Assembly (NCBI GenBank): GCA_028534125.1
Contig: CM052816.1
Location: forward strand, 79,238,001 to 79,302,000
Length of the DNA stretch: 64,000 nt
Reading direction: 5' to 3'
DNA from: Lama glama
Taxonomy: Eukaryota
The position numbers and the translations under genes were made by a program. Below, piece by piece: positions 50,021-62,142 of this stretch. The notes beneath the pieces were generated by a model. It was not told the origin of the DNA and did not search any database. It was given only the letters and a program-made list of their open reading frames with translations. The number at the start of each line of letters is the position of its first letter. Position 1 is the stretch's first letter.

Positions 50021-50938
50021 GATCCAAAGGAGAGCAACAAGGATGAAAGACTCAGATCCATCTCATGGAAGCAATAGCTGGAGGGCGTAGTAACATTTAG
50101 TACAAAGAAAAAAAAAAGAGAGAGAGAGAGGAGATGGTGTAAACAGTGGGAGATGCTGAAGAGGGTGACAATTTGGAGGCTGAGTTTGGTGAGGATGGAG
50201 AGAAGGTGGGCCTGCATGGCATAAACTTCCAATAAGATCAATGTTATGTTGGCAGGAAATGATCCTGGGTATGGCTATTTCAAGGAATCCATGCTGACAC
50301 CTCCTTGCTTCATGATTTAGAAGAAATGGTGACCCCTTTTTAGGTTTTTCCCATGAATTAATCTAAAATATCAGTCTTTGTTAAAGAGAAAGAAATGGAT
50401 CTTTGAAATAAGTGGACATTGATAGTCAGGCAAAGAAGAAGAAGAAGAGACCTATTCAGGGGAAGAAAGAGAAGAGAAAGAGAAATTTATGGGTCGAGTA
50501 GTGAACTTCATTCACCATCTTCACCGTCCAGTCATTCATCTTAGGTGTGCGGGAGCCAAAGGAAGCAGTGAAGAAGGCATGTTTCGCTGCTACCATACAA
50601 TAACGGACATTCTGCTCTGCTTTACCATCTTTTACCCAGGTAATCCCTTCATTGAGACATCATTAGTGCTAACTTTATTTCAAAAGACGTAGCATCAGCT
50701 TCCCTTTCTTTTCGTAGAAAAGACTATGTTTTAATGACTTCTGAGTGATCCCCGAATCTTATAACCTAACATACACCAAAAGGGCAAAAAAAAAAAAAAC
50801 AAAACAAAAAAAACAAAAAAACAAACCATAGCAGAACCATTGCCCAGTAGAATGGTTGGCTTAGCTGTTCATCATGTGATATGATGGCCTCTTTAGGGCT
50901 GGCTTTTCAAGCCTGGTATTTGGGTTGAATGTACTGGA

Positions 50939-51023
50939 GGGAGAGTATAGCTCAGTGGTAGAGCGCATGCTTAGCATCCATAAGGTCCTGGGTTCTAATC
51001 CCTAGTACCTCCATTCAAATAAA
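50939..51023 (+). mobile_element. Vic-1-type SINE (short)
   Basis: gggagagtatagctcagtggtagagcgcatgcttagc...gtcctgggttctaatccctagtacctcc; degenerate TSD ggttgaatgta / gattgaacgta. Confidence 0.88.
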
Positions 51024-51517
51024 TGGATTGAACGTATGGAGTCTTGAAATGCACAGGCTTCTTTGGAGATTTCAAATCAGATTAACTCCTCAGTTTTAAC
51101 TAAGATGAGGACCTGCAGGGTAGCACAGGTGTTGCCACAGGAGACGGCAGAAGGTTGGAGGCTCCAGGTGTTCCCCAGGGGGGGAGTGAGGAGCCCTCCT
51201 CCCCCAGGGCCCTTGGCAGGACAGAAGCACCATCATATACGTAGACAATACACAGGTGCTTGATGATGGAACCGGGTTATAAACTTTCTTCTAATACCGT
51301 GACAGAATAAAATATGGCAATATATTTGAAAGATGAATTGAATAGGGTTATATGAAATACATATTCTTTAACTTTTAAAAAAATGGTTTCTGTTAAGATA
51401 GGTGGAAATGTGGTTTAACTAAAGCACATAAAACAAAGGCTTAGAAGTTTTAGTTATTTGTAAATTTAATATGTCATCAGTTTCTTTTGGTCACCACAGA
51501 CTCCTCAAAATCTGCAG

Positions 51518-51554
51518 GTGTGTGTGTGTGTGTGTTTGTGTTTGTGTGTGTGTG
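51518..51554. repeat. (GT)n microsatellite
   Basis: Interrupted GT run. Confidence 0.9.
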
Positions 51555-52569
51555 CCCTCACACAAAACGGCTTTGACATCCTGGGCATTAAGACTGGTAT
51601 CTTGACGGGGTATCCAGAGGAGAGCAACTAGGATCAGAGACTTCAGATCCATCTCACAAAAGCAAAAGCTGGAGGACATGGTAAATATGTAATGCAAAGC
51701 AGCATCAGAATGATATGAAGATGGTTGGGCATTGACTAGAATTATAAGACTTGAAAGGCCCATCGGGAGATGAGCTTCTAGAACATTCTTTCTCTGGTAG
51801 AATCCCTTGCAGTCTGGTTTCAGTGTGAAGTTCCAACTTTGCCTGCTCCAGAACCTGCAGCAGGAGAGCTTCAATTACATCTCTGGGTAACATTGTCACT
51901 AGTCACCAGATCTGCTTAATTCTGATAATGATGGAGAGACTGACATGCAGCAAATACCCACAGGGACACCTTTGCTCTCTTATTGATTAGATGAACAAAT
52001 GGGTGTCATGATGGAAAGTCTGCAATTTCCTTCTTTAAAACACTGTGCAAGAGCATTATCAAAGCAACGAATTACAAGGAAGCACAAGGAATTATTACAG
52101 ATAATATTCTGTTGTCTCTGCTTTTAATTTTTTCCTATTGCAATGTAATGTTGCTTTGTCTTGTTCAGTCCTTAATAAAATGTGGATTCATTTAATGTCT
52201 GTATCCTTATCATGATATCTTATTTATATGAATTCGACTTTCAGATATTCCTCCACTCCCTTCTCTATAATAACTAGAATTCCACGTGAATCAGCTGAGT
52301 TGAAACTTGGAAATCTCTGGCTGAGTTTCCTCCCCATCTCCTAAGCCTCTCCATCACCATTCTCTACCCTCTTGAAGACAAGTGTTCTAAGAAGCAAATT
52401 TAGGAAAGGTGCCACTTTCAAGAAATAGAATACAATTCTCATTAACAATTGAAATTGTCTTTGGATTACTCATTGTTTTAGTGATCAGTCTAAATGTGAT
52501 ATTTCTACATGTTTTGCACAAATGTTTTAACACAACTTAAAAGCAGACCAAGATTTTAGTCTTAGGTTC

Positions 52570-53400
52570 TAGAGCATAGCAATAAAGAACATACACAAAA
52601 TCCCTTACTAGGAACTTACAGCCTAGGGGAGTGACAGACAAACAAGAGAGTACACACGCAGCTTGTCAGATGTTGATAAGCACAATGGAAAAAAACCCAG
52701 TGGGGTGAGGTGTGCGGGGATGGTGGGTTATTTCTATTTTGCATTATGTGTTGAGGGAAAGCCTTACTGACAAAGTGTCATTTGAACAGAGACCTGAAGG
52801 AAGTCAGGGGACAAGCCATGCAGATATTTAGGAGAAAATCATTGCAGGCAGAGAGAAAAGCAAGTGCAAAGGCCGTGAGGCAGGAGTGTATTGGATATGT
52901 TCCAGAATCACCAAGGTACGTTTGTCGCTGAAGTGGAGTGGGCCAGGGGGAGAATGGTGGGAAATGAGATCAGAGAGGCAGCAAGGGATAAGATCAAGGT
53001 GAGGATGTGGACCAGACCCTGCCTAAGATGGGATGCCAATGGAGGGTTGGAGCAGAGGGGTGACCAAAGGGCTCTCTCTCTCTGGCTTGGACATGTTGAG
53101 TTTTCCAGAAAGATGAGTTATCCATGTAGCTATCAAGTAGATGGTAAGAGAGAAGTTTGGATTTGGGGGGAAGATGGGAACAGAAACTTCAGCTTTGGCC
53201 CCATAAAGTCATGGAAATGAATGAATCACCCAGTGGCTGACTGTGGACAGAGAAGGCTGGGTGCTGGGACCCTCCAACACTTAGAGGTTGAGTAGAAGAG
53301 TGCGGGGGCCAGGGGGGGTGGAGTGGAATCCAGCAAAGATCTTCAGAAGAAGCAGCCTGTGAAGAGACCCAGAGAGCATTTCATGGATGTCCAGCCACTG
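52570..53400 (-). mobile_element. L2 LINE remnant
   Basis: catttgaacagagacctgaagg...gccatgcagatat...gcaagtgcaaaggcc.tgaggcaggag; typical antisense L2 text. Confidence 0.75.
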
Positions 53401-53847
53401 AGAATGCATTACTGCTCACTTAAAACAACAACAACAACAACAGAAAAATCACTTTCTTCAGATAAATATTACTGAATTTGAGTCACTAATTTATCCAAGA
53501 GATACAACTGTCCATCTATCAACATAAGAAACATTCTATTAAGAAGGAGTTATGACTAGATGAGAGGGTCCTGGCTGTGCCAGTAGTTGATAGCGAACCT
53601 TCTCCTTGGCTACTGAACTATACCTTGGAATTTCCTGGCAGGCCGAGCAAAAACTGCAAACGGTATGTGATGTGGAGCTTTGGGGAAATCTTCACTGTAT
53701 CTGCCTAATGTAGATACTTCTCCCAGGGACTGTTCATGACTTAAGCTTATGCTTATTTTTGAACATATTGTTCTGGTGCCTTCTAGCTTCAGAATCACTT
53801 CAAAATGCATTACTCCTTACTCTGGACGTTTGCTCTGAAATTTAAGG

Positions 53848-53983
53848 TTTATTCCAGAATATTCTCTGAGTTAAGGAAGGCTCCCTTTTCAGGGACCCCC
53901 ATAACCAAAGGGTCATTTCTACACTTAGAACATAACATATAGGACAAACACCATGTTTACATTTGCTGTTTGAAAGATTCATT
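53848..53983 (-). terminator. SPEF2: Candidate SPEF2 polyadenylation signals
   Basis: Variant AATGAA at 53978-53983 with GU-rich TGGTGTTTGT downstream (about 53944-53953), and canonical AATAAA at 53848-53853. Confidence 0.5.
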
Positions 53984-54005
53984 GCCAAATCACACACTTT
54001 TGTCT

Positions 54006-54095
54006 TCATTTCTTTTCCTCTGTAAGTCTTGAAGAAGATCTCTCTCCATCACTTCCTTGTATGTGCTCACTCCTTTGGAGAATTATTTTGATATC
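54006..54095 (-). CDS. SPEF2: Sperm flagellar protein 2, terminal coding exon
   Basis: CTTAG|GAT... 90 bp translating DIKIILQRSEHIQGSDGERSSSRLTEEKK* (TGA 54006-54008), matching the SPEF2 C-terminus as recalled. SPEF2 is the known upstream tandem neighbour of IL7R. Confidence 0.92.
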   Translation of the reverse strand, partial: DIKIILQRSEHIQGSDGERSSSRLTEEKK

Positions 54096-55999
54096 CTAAG
54101 AGAAGAGAGTCAAAGAGAAGTTACAAACATTAATAAATGACTTAAGATTAATGACCATCTGATCAATGATATATGGCCATGATTAATCAGTAAGTTGTTT
54201 TTATTTGTTTATTTTCCTTTTAGAAAATTGTTCTCTGTCTAGTTTGAATTCTGCCCTGCAACTCACTCGTTGTGCCCTTGGAATGATCAAAGGTCTTGAA
54301 GATTCCATTTCCACATCTACTAACAGAGTTGTCATATTTGATCAAATAACATTTGTAAAAGAAATTACACAGAGCTTGCACATAATGGGCAAGCCAACAC
54401 ATTATTTCCCTGTTACTCAACAAAAGTCAATTAAAGGTAAATCCTAATGCCAAATTAATCATGTCTACAGAGTAGTAGAGTTTTAGAACTGCAGGTTATT
54501 TTGAGGGTAAGATTGTCTCATTCTCCATGTCTTTTAAAATATTAGGGATAGAATGGTCTGGTTTTTGTCCACTTAAAATACCCACCAGCTGTGTTATATT
54601 TTAATTCACAGATTTAAAAAAATAAATTTTAAAGATCATCATAATGTAGAAGGGGTCCAAACACATGTGAAAAATGAAGCATTATATTTATACAGTTTCC
54701 AGTTTTGTTTTTTTTTTAGGAAAGTGCTTCAAGAACACAAGATTCTTTTCTTCAGAACTCCAAAGGTTTCAGTTCGACTGCAGTCATTTTTACTCACAAA
54801 GACAAGAGTTAGTTCACTCTCTAAACTGATCTCTGCCGAGTAACATACACATCACTGTATCAGTCACTGCCAGGAATCATGGTGAATCATTTTTCTTGAG
54901 AGAGTATGTTCTTTGAAAATACAGATCTCCTACAGCCAAAGGTCAACCTTGAGTGAACTAAGTGAAGAAGAACGGCTGCTCTCTGTGGACCTTTCTGATC
55001 CTACCCAACACAGCTTTTAATAACATGTCTACTTACAATTGTTAATTAATGCTGATTCGTGAATGTTAACTTGGGGATTAAGAACTAAGCTGACCTGTGA
55101 TTATCTGACACTCTGTTGCCTGGGGGGAAATGACTAGCTCCAGATATTTAAATCAGCTTCGCCTAAATTTACAGCTGAAATCAGGGGCCATAACTTTTGG
55201 TAGCAGTTAGTGGAAAAAAGCCTGAGAGAGTCTTGAAATGAAGCCACCATCACATTTTGTTATAAACATAAAAGAGAAGGTTGGAGCAAATTTTAAACTC
55301 AGATACCCTGAAGAATTTAAAGTGGATTGCAAGCCCCTCCAGGTTACACTGATATTTATAGGTATTTTGCCTTCATGTGATTGGAGCCTGATCATTCGTT
55401 TCTAAGAAATTCTCCTGTGACATTCTGATTTTGACACTAAAAGATTGACTATTATTTCCTATTGAATGGTACCCTTAATTTTAAGGAGATATGCTCGATT
55501 TACAGGCTTGCCAAAGGAAAGTCACTTTTATTCAGACGTATTCATTACAAGAAACTGTATTTGTTGGGTTGCTGTAGAAAATCGGGTGTCCCCTGATGTT
55601 TGTAAATTTGTTTATTACAAGAAGTTAACCGACTTTCCTCACTAAGCACAAAGGGGAAGAGTCCTCATTGATCCTGGTGCATTTAACCAAAGCATTTTCT
55701 TAAGAATTCAGGAACATTTCTTGAAAATAACCTCTCTGTATAAGATCTACGAAAGGAGAAGTTGTATCAGTAACTTTAAACTGAGTAACTATAAAATCCA
55801 ATACAAAAATCTCCATCATCCACATAGGGATTGAACCCTGGGACTTGTGTTTGGACCCTCTGTTGTCACTGCACCAGAGAAAGCCTCCTTTCTTTCCAGG
55901 AGATGAAATGCTAGCTTTTTACTTCATCCATATATAATTTTGCATGGCTCAGAAATATTTCCTGTGTACTGCAACCACCAACAGATCAGTAATAAGAGT

Positions 56000-56230
56000 C
56001 GTAATAATTAGCCTATATTGAGTGCTTTTTATCTGCCAAGCATGGAGCTAAGCATATTATATGTATTAAATTATTTAATCCACACCAGGACACTGTAAGG
56101 AATGTTTGATAATTAACCCTATTTTACAGATGGGGAAACCAAGGCACCAGGAGGTCACCACCCAGGGTCACACAGTTTATAGATGTGAACCAATCAGTAC
56201 AGGTCCTGAGCCCGTTCTTCCAACCACAAA
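56000..56230 (-). mobile_element. MIR SINE
   Basis: tattgagtgct...atttaatcc...cctattttacagatggggaaaccaaggcac. Confidence 0.8.
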
Positions 56231-56886
56231 GGCAGGCCACCTCCCAACAAGAGCCAAAGTAAAACATATCAAAATAACTGTGTATACTTGCTTTTCCCCC
56301 TCAATATGTATTTTAAAATGTTTGCTGCTCCCGAACATGAACCTCGTAAACACAGAGCTGTTAGGGAACGACCTTCATGTCCCACTGTTTGTAACAGCAA
56401 ACAACATTTTAACCTGAAAAACCACACTCTAGTTTTTGCTCTACTTATCTTGAAAGATCTCCAAATAACATCACTGTGGTTAAGGTTCATTTTAAAAATG
56501 TGATCTATTTACTTGCACATGGATATCTGGAGCAAAAATTGATGACAGGACGAGAGTGTTGGTAACTGAGTCTTCAGAGATTTTTTTTTTTTTTTGCTTT
56601 TCCTTTCTTTCTTTTTCTTTATTTGCTCAGTGAAAATGAGAATAGAGCCCCTTACTGGAAAGGGAACCTCTTTCACTTTCGAACATCAGAATGTTGGCTT
56701 TTCAGGTCAAAGGCTCAGCTCTCCTTGGGTCACAATCATGTGAATGTGCCCTGATTGTAGCAGGTGGTCTACTCTCAGTAGATCCCTGGGCGGAGTGACA
56801 GGGAGAAGATGTGAAGGACGAGGACAGGGACAGTGGAAGCAGCTTACTTGGCAGAAGCACTCTGGCAACGAAGGAACGAACCATCG

Positions 56887-56910
56887 GACAGACAGACAGA
56901 CAGACAGACA
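56887..56910. repeat. (GACA)6
   Basis: Perfect tetranucleotide repeat. Confidence 0.95.
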
Positions 56911-58074
56911 AACTCTCTTCCTACTCTTAGACTGTCAGGTGGATACCAGTGCTGTGCGGCTGGTCCATTGGAGGTCAGACAACCTTCCACCGGGTGGCTG
57001 TCAGCCAGAGGCATCTGCACACCAGAGAAGATTTAGGGCAGTGAAAGAGGTTGTTTTGGCCGTCAATGCCTCAAGGTGCTCTGCGGACACAGTGGGCAGC
57101 AGCCCAGAATATTCAACATCCTGACACACCCAGATTGGTCCCGTGTGTTCAAAATGCCAGAGGGCTTTAGCTGAGGTGCAAGTTGGTGAAATTACCCCAA
57201 AAATGAGGGACATGTGCAAAGTAAAAAAAGCCACTCAGACCCCAGCTTTCCCTGGGAGTCAGAACACATCTTCAGGGGATGGCCTTCAAAGGCAGTCAGC
57301 CACCTGTTGGCTGTTTTCTATTCTCAGGAAAATGCCAAATAGAATCTTCTCTGCAAGTCAATCATATTTGGTCATTCTGGACAGAGTAAGAATGTTCTCC
57401 TGACTCTGTAGGGAGTTCTCCCGTGATGGTAGGAAGTCATCCTGGCGTCGTTTTATGCTCCTAGTTGACCTTAGTAAGATAAGGTAAACCCTATTATACA
57501 TAACACTAAGGAAATCTGAAAATTATTTTACTGGTTTAAAACAAGAGGGCTGTTTCCTGCAACGTGGAACAGAACCTGAGGATGAATTGCAGTCTAAAGT
57601 GATGGGTCTCTGGACTCATCTCACATGGAATGATGATGGCCTAGAGGAAAGCAAAAAGGGGGAGACCCCACAGCTGATGACTCCCCCCTATCCTGCATGT
57701 GACACCCACTCACCCACCTCTCTCCACCCGCTTGTCTGATTCTGATGAGCTCTGACCCCACTAGGATCACACTGGCTTATGCCCTCCTCCTCCTCCTCAG
57801 TGGGGAAGAAAGCTATTCTTTATTAATGGAAGTATGGAATATAAGATGCCAAAAGGGACCTGTAACATAGCAGTTTCAAGGGAAGCAGTAAATGTTGTGG
57901 AATGTTCAAGTACAATGACTTGGAATAATTTCAGCCATGTTTCCAAGTATTTTGGGCCTATTTAAATAAACAAATAATTTCAAAAAAGGACCCTGTTAAA
58001 TGTAGAGATATAATGATATAGTATGGTTAAGGGGTAAAGAAACACTTAGGGATGAAGAAATTAGAGTCACATTA

Positions 58075-58560
58075 TGTCCCTGCTCAGAAACCTGTTCCAT
58101 TCTCCACTGCTATTCAAATCAGATCCAAATTTCCCTGCATGAGATCTGAGTTCTTTGCAATCTGACCTGATCGTACTCATGGGATGGGATCACTGGAAGC
58201 CCCACTGCCTGCTCTGCCCCCGCTGGTCCTGCTCCAACGCCTCCACCTAGGATGTGGCCCCCTCTGCACCCCAGCAGCAAAATTCAAATGCACTTCCGCT
58301 CTTCCCACCCCGCACTTTCCCAAATTCCGGCCATCTTTGAAGACTTGGCTTCTCCCACAGAAAAGTCCTATGTTTTGAATTCCTGTAATTTTGCGATCGG
58401 GTGATTTACCTTCTACCATTTCCTGGTGATCCCTGTGTGTAAAAATTCTCTTGCAAACAGAAGCGGGATTTGTGTGAGAGCGGTAACTGAATTTGGTACA
58501 CACATTTCTGTCTCCCCTGGAAACTCCCATTACTACCCTCTGTAGTGAGTGCTCAGCAGT
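58075..58560 (+). mobile_element. L2 LINE remnant
   Basis: ccctgctcagaaacct...tccaaatttcc...gcaatctgacc...ccatctttgaagac; degraded L2 3' region. Confidence 0.5.
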
Positions 58561-58574
58561 GAACGGTTATCCTA

Positions 58575-58810
58575 ACAGCCATCACTTCTGTAGTACTTGC
58601 CGTGAGTCAGATACTGTGCCAAGTGCTTAGATGCCAGATCTCATTTCATCCTCTCCACCACCCTTTGACTAGGAATGGATGTTGTCCTCATTTAACAGAT
58701 GAGAAAGCCAGGATGGAGGGAAAGTTTAGGTCAGGTATCTAGTGAGTGTTGAACCTGAGATTCAGTCCCATGACTTTTTGATTCCTTTTTGAGTCTATAT
58801 TCTCAAATGC
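58575..58810 (-). mobile_element. MIR SINE
   Basis: actgtgccaagtgctt...tctcatttcatcctc...ctcatttaacagatgagaaa. Confidence 0.7.
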
Positions 58811-59965
58811 TGCAATCAAACCTCACTACTGGAAGTGCTTAGTGCATGTTAGCTTATTAGAAACCAATTTCAATGATTACCTATATATAATACAAATTTA
58901 AAGGGGTCATCAATTTAGAACAAATAAATTTTGGTACAAAGATAGTTAAGTCTGGATAGTCTCATTTCTGGATATAGGAGGTGACAGCCGAGAACTCAGG
59001 AGAAATGCATCTTAGATCACCTGCACTTTAGCCAGTTTAGCCTAGCAGGAGGCAAATAGGCAGACTTCATGCTGTTAAATGTGTGAGGTTTGCAAGAGGG
59101 TTGTAGCAGCTTGCCGTCCTCTGAGAGGGGGACCTCTCTGCCTTCTGCAGCCCCTGCTGTTGGAGACCTGGGACTTGCTGTGGTGGGCGCACTTTCTGCA
59201 CGTGTGGTTGAGAGGTGCGTGGTTCCCGTGTGAGCTCTGAGACACAGGTCTTCCTCTCTTCCTCTTCCCTCTGCTGGGTCGCTCTAGTCTCTCTGGGTTT
59301 TGCCTTCAGTTTCCCCACCTTGAACAGTTTCTCTGACGGAACTGACACCCGTTCCTTCATAAGCACGGGCACTGCATGCACCACTCAGACCATGTGCACC
59401 ACTATTAGAGTGTGGTGAACACGCCAGCACTCGGCTGGGGATCAGAGTCTCCTTGATTCTCTTTGGTGGGGGGGGGTTGACGAGTGGGAAGGGATTCTAG
59501 TCTCCATTCTCTTCGGTCATAGGCTAGGGTCATTAGATGGCTGGACTGATACAGGGAACTAATACTGCCACCCACCGACTTTAACTACCAACTACCTCCA
59601 GCCTTCTGTGGTAGACGCATGTCCTCAGAGTCCTGAGAGGGCAACCCCGTAGTACTGAGTACTACCCCTAGTACTGCTGCTTCTATCCAAGGTCCTGATC
59701 GTGTTATTCATATACTGACAGTCCTGTCTGTCACGGTGCTGACGTTCTGAGAGTCACTTCTACTACACCTTACCTTGCTGCCCTTTGGGTATTTTGGGCT
59801 GGCCTTTCTGCTGATGCTGTTGCCAGCTTAGTTCCCCAGACCCTGTTCTGGTCAAGTCCAGCTCCTTCCCTCTTTCTGTTCCTCCACGTTTGACATATCC
59901 CACCAAGCCCTGAACCTGAACTCAACCAAATCAGGACTGTATTAGGACCTTCAGGTAATACTCAC

Positions 59966-60088
59966 AGGAATTTTGTAGTCTGGATAACTTGAAATCAGGT
60001 CTTGAATAAAAGGATGCTTCAGAAGAATGGCAACTTTAATTGGCTCCAGATTCTTGGAACCCAACTCCTGAAATACTTTTATGAAGTT
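59966..60088 (-). CDS. SPEF2: SPEF2 penultimate coding exon
   Basis: 123 bp, phase 0/0, AAG|AAC...CCT|GTGAGT. Translates NFIKVFQELGSKNLEPIKVAILLKHPFIQDLISSYPDYKIP; within track ORF 59951..60172. Confidence 0.92.
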
Positions 60089-60283
60089 CTTTAAAGAAAA
60101 AAAAAGGAAATTAATTAACTTTACAATCCTGCTGACATTAAAAATGATCTTATTTACTAAAGGAATCACCATAATTTCTATATAATGATAGAATTGGAGA
60201 GAAATTCCATGAAAATATGCTTAATGTAGAGGGAAGCTTTTCTTTGGTCCAGGATGCCCCTTTTATAAAATAATCTAACCAAC

Positions 60284-60523
60284 CTCTAAATAAACGTTCT
60301 CTGTCTTCTGAGGGCAGGCAAATCTGTTTGAGTCCTGCGTTTCGTTTCCTCCTCCAAACACTTTGAGCAACATTTCCATGGAAATCATTTCCGTGTTTGC
60401 ATTTTCAGGGATTTCTTCTTCTTTTTCCTCCCCTTTCTCTTGTAATTCCTTTTCCTCACTTATAAAATTTTCCTTAGTTTCCAGATATTCCTCAACTGGA
60501 CTCATATCAGTAAGGGAGGAGGT
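60284..60523 (-). CDS. SPEF2: SPEF2 third-from-last coding exon (Glu-rich)
   Basis: 240 bp, CACAG|ACC...GAG|GTTGGT. Translates TSSLTDMSPVEEYLETKENFISEEKELQEKGEEKEEEIPENANTEMISMEMLLKVFGGGNETQDSNRFACPQKTENVYLE. The acceptor position is inferred because the preceding exon is outside the window. Confidence 0.85.
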
Positions 60524-61149
60524 CTGTGCAATTAAATGAAGAGAACTTGAAATCAGACTGAAGTCTTTCCACTAAAAGAGATATTTAGGAAACACCAATT
60601 TTGACCCATACATTTTCTGCCCTGGGATGATAGTGTCCATCACAAACTAGCCAAACAAAGTTTAGACGTAAAATATGCTAGCTGCCCTGGAAATCATGTC
60701 AAAATCCCAGACCAATTCTGCTGGTAGTTTACAGAAGCCTCAGCGTGGGGTGTGTCTTTTTCACCTCTCCACATGCTCTGCGGACTTCCCTGCCAGCTCC
60801 ATCATATTCCTCAGTAAAAGGACACTGGGATGAATTCATACAACAGCCATCAGACTTCTACACATGAAAATAGGTTTTTTAACAGGATGTGCTTTGGAAA
60901 TTGCCTGTAGTCAAGAGGTTACAGCAAGTTCATTTCTCAAGCTTGGCAGATTCTAAAAGCTTTGAGAACATTTGTTTGGGTGCTGGAGGTTAGACCTGAC
61001 CAAACATTCAGAAAGTAAAATAGAAAACAAATGGAATATAGGCAGATTGGGATTTCTATTGCTGCTGTTTAAAACTTGGCAAGGAGCCATGCTCTCAGAC
61101 ACTGGCATTCTGAGTATGGGAAGGCGTCTGTTGTTTCTGTTGTAATTTC

Positions 61150-61600
61150 TTATGTAAAGCCTGAAAAATATTCCTACCCTTTGACCTAGTAATTATTGAT
61201 CTAGGAATTAATTTTAAAAAAAATCATGTGAACAAAGACTTTCGTATATGGATATTCATTCATATTGAAACTTATAGCAAAAATAGAAAATGGGGAAGGG
61301 TGACATCCATGATAGTACTGGTCTGTGACAGAACACTATGCTGCCCTGAACATTTTGGTTTAGAAGGATACCTAGTGACATGAGAAAACACTCACAGGAT
61401 AAGTGCCAAAAGGAAACAGAACACAAAATAATAAATACACCAGGATCCTCACTGTCTTACATATATATACTTATTAATGAAAAAAAGAAACAGAGACATC
61501 ACAGAATTAACAGTGGTTACCTCTGATTAGTGAAACAGGTGATTTCTTTTTCACTTTGATGTGTACTTTACAAATTCTCTATAGTAGATTTGTAATAAAT
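61150..61600 (+). mobile_element. Ancient L1M 3' end fragment
   Basis: accctttgacctagtaatt...ctaggaatt...ttaacagtggttacctctg. Confidence 0.6.
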
Positions 61601-62099
61601 GTGTGTTGCATGTATGTATTTCTGATGATGAGGTAATAGACATTTGGTGATTTGCCACAGGGAAAAAAGGGCATTTTCAGAATGTTGGCTGGCCAGACGT
61701 CAGAGAACACCTGAGTGCTGAATCTCTTTTATCCAGAGGATGGAAAAATGCTAATTTAGGCTTAAAATAAGAGGATGCTAAGGTCTGTAAACACTCAATT
61801 TAGTAGAAGCATTAAGTGTACAGACAGTGCAAGTTCTTTCCAAATAGTCATGATGTGTGCACCACGTATAAAAGAACTATAACACAGAACAAAACTAAGC
61901 CTCTGGTCATCGTAAGCCCAATTTGCAGGGATCAGTAGGGGCTGAGCGTGGTGTAATGAAGACAGGTTGCATTTGCTACAGCTCAGTGTGGTCACCTTGC
62001 TTTAGTTGGGTTTCTATATCCTTTGGTAAATTGGGAACTTAATCTAATTGTGGATGGTGGGGGGAGAATATTCTATCAGGTAAAGATTTTAGAATTAAG

Positions 62100-62102
<3 letters not shown>

Positions 62103-62142
<40 letters not shown>
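62103..62142. repeat. (TATC)10 microsatellite
   Basis: Perfect tetranucleotide repeat in a SPEF2 intron. Confidence 0.97.

Noticed and set aside
51600..51900. Exon-like plus-strand segments (possible antisense lncRNA)
   Set aside because: Splice-like motifs alone are insufficient and no transcript evidence is available.
59067..59384. 105-aa minus-strand ORF in the last SPEF2 intron as an alternative terminal exon
   Set aside because: It starts at GTG right after a stop, has no evident phase-0 acceptor with a pyrimidine tract, and shows no recognisable homology.
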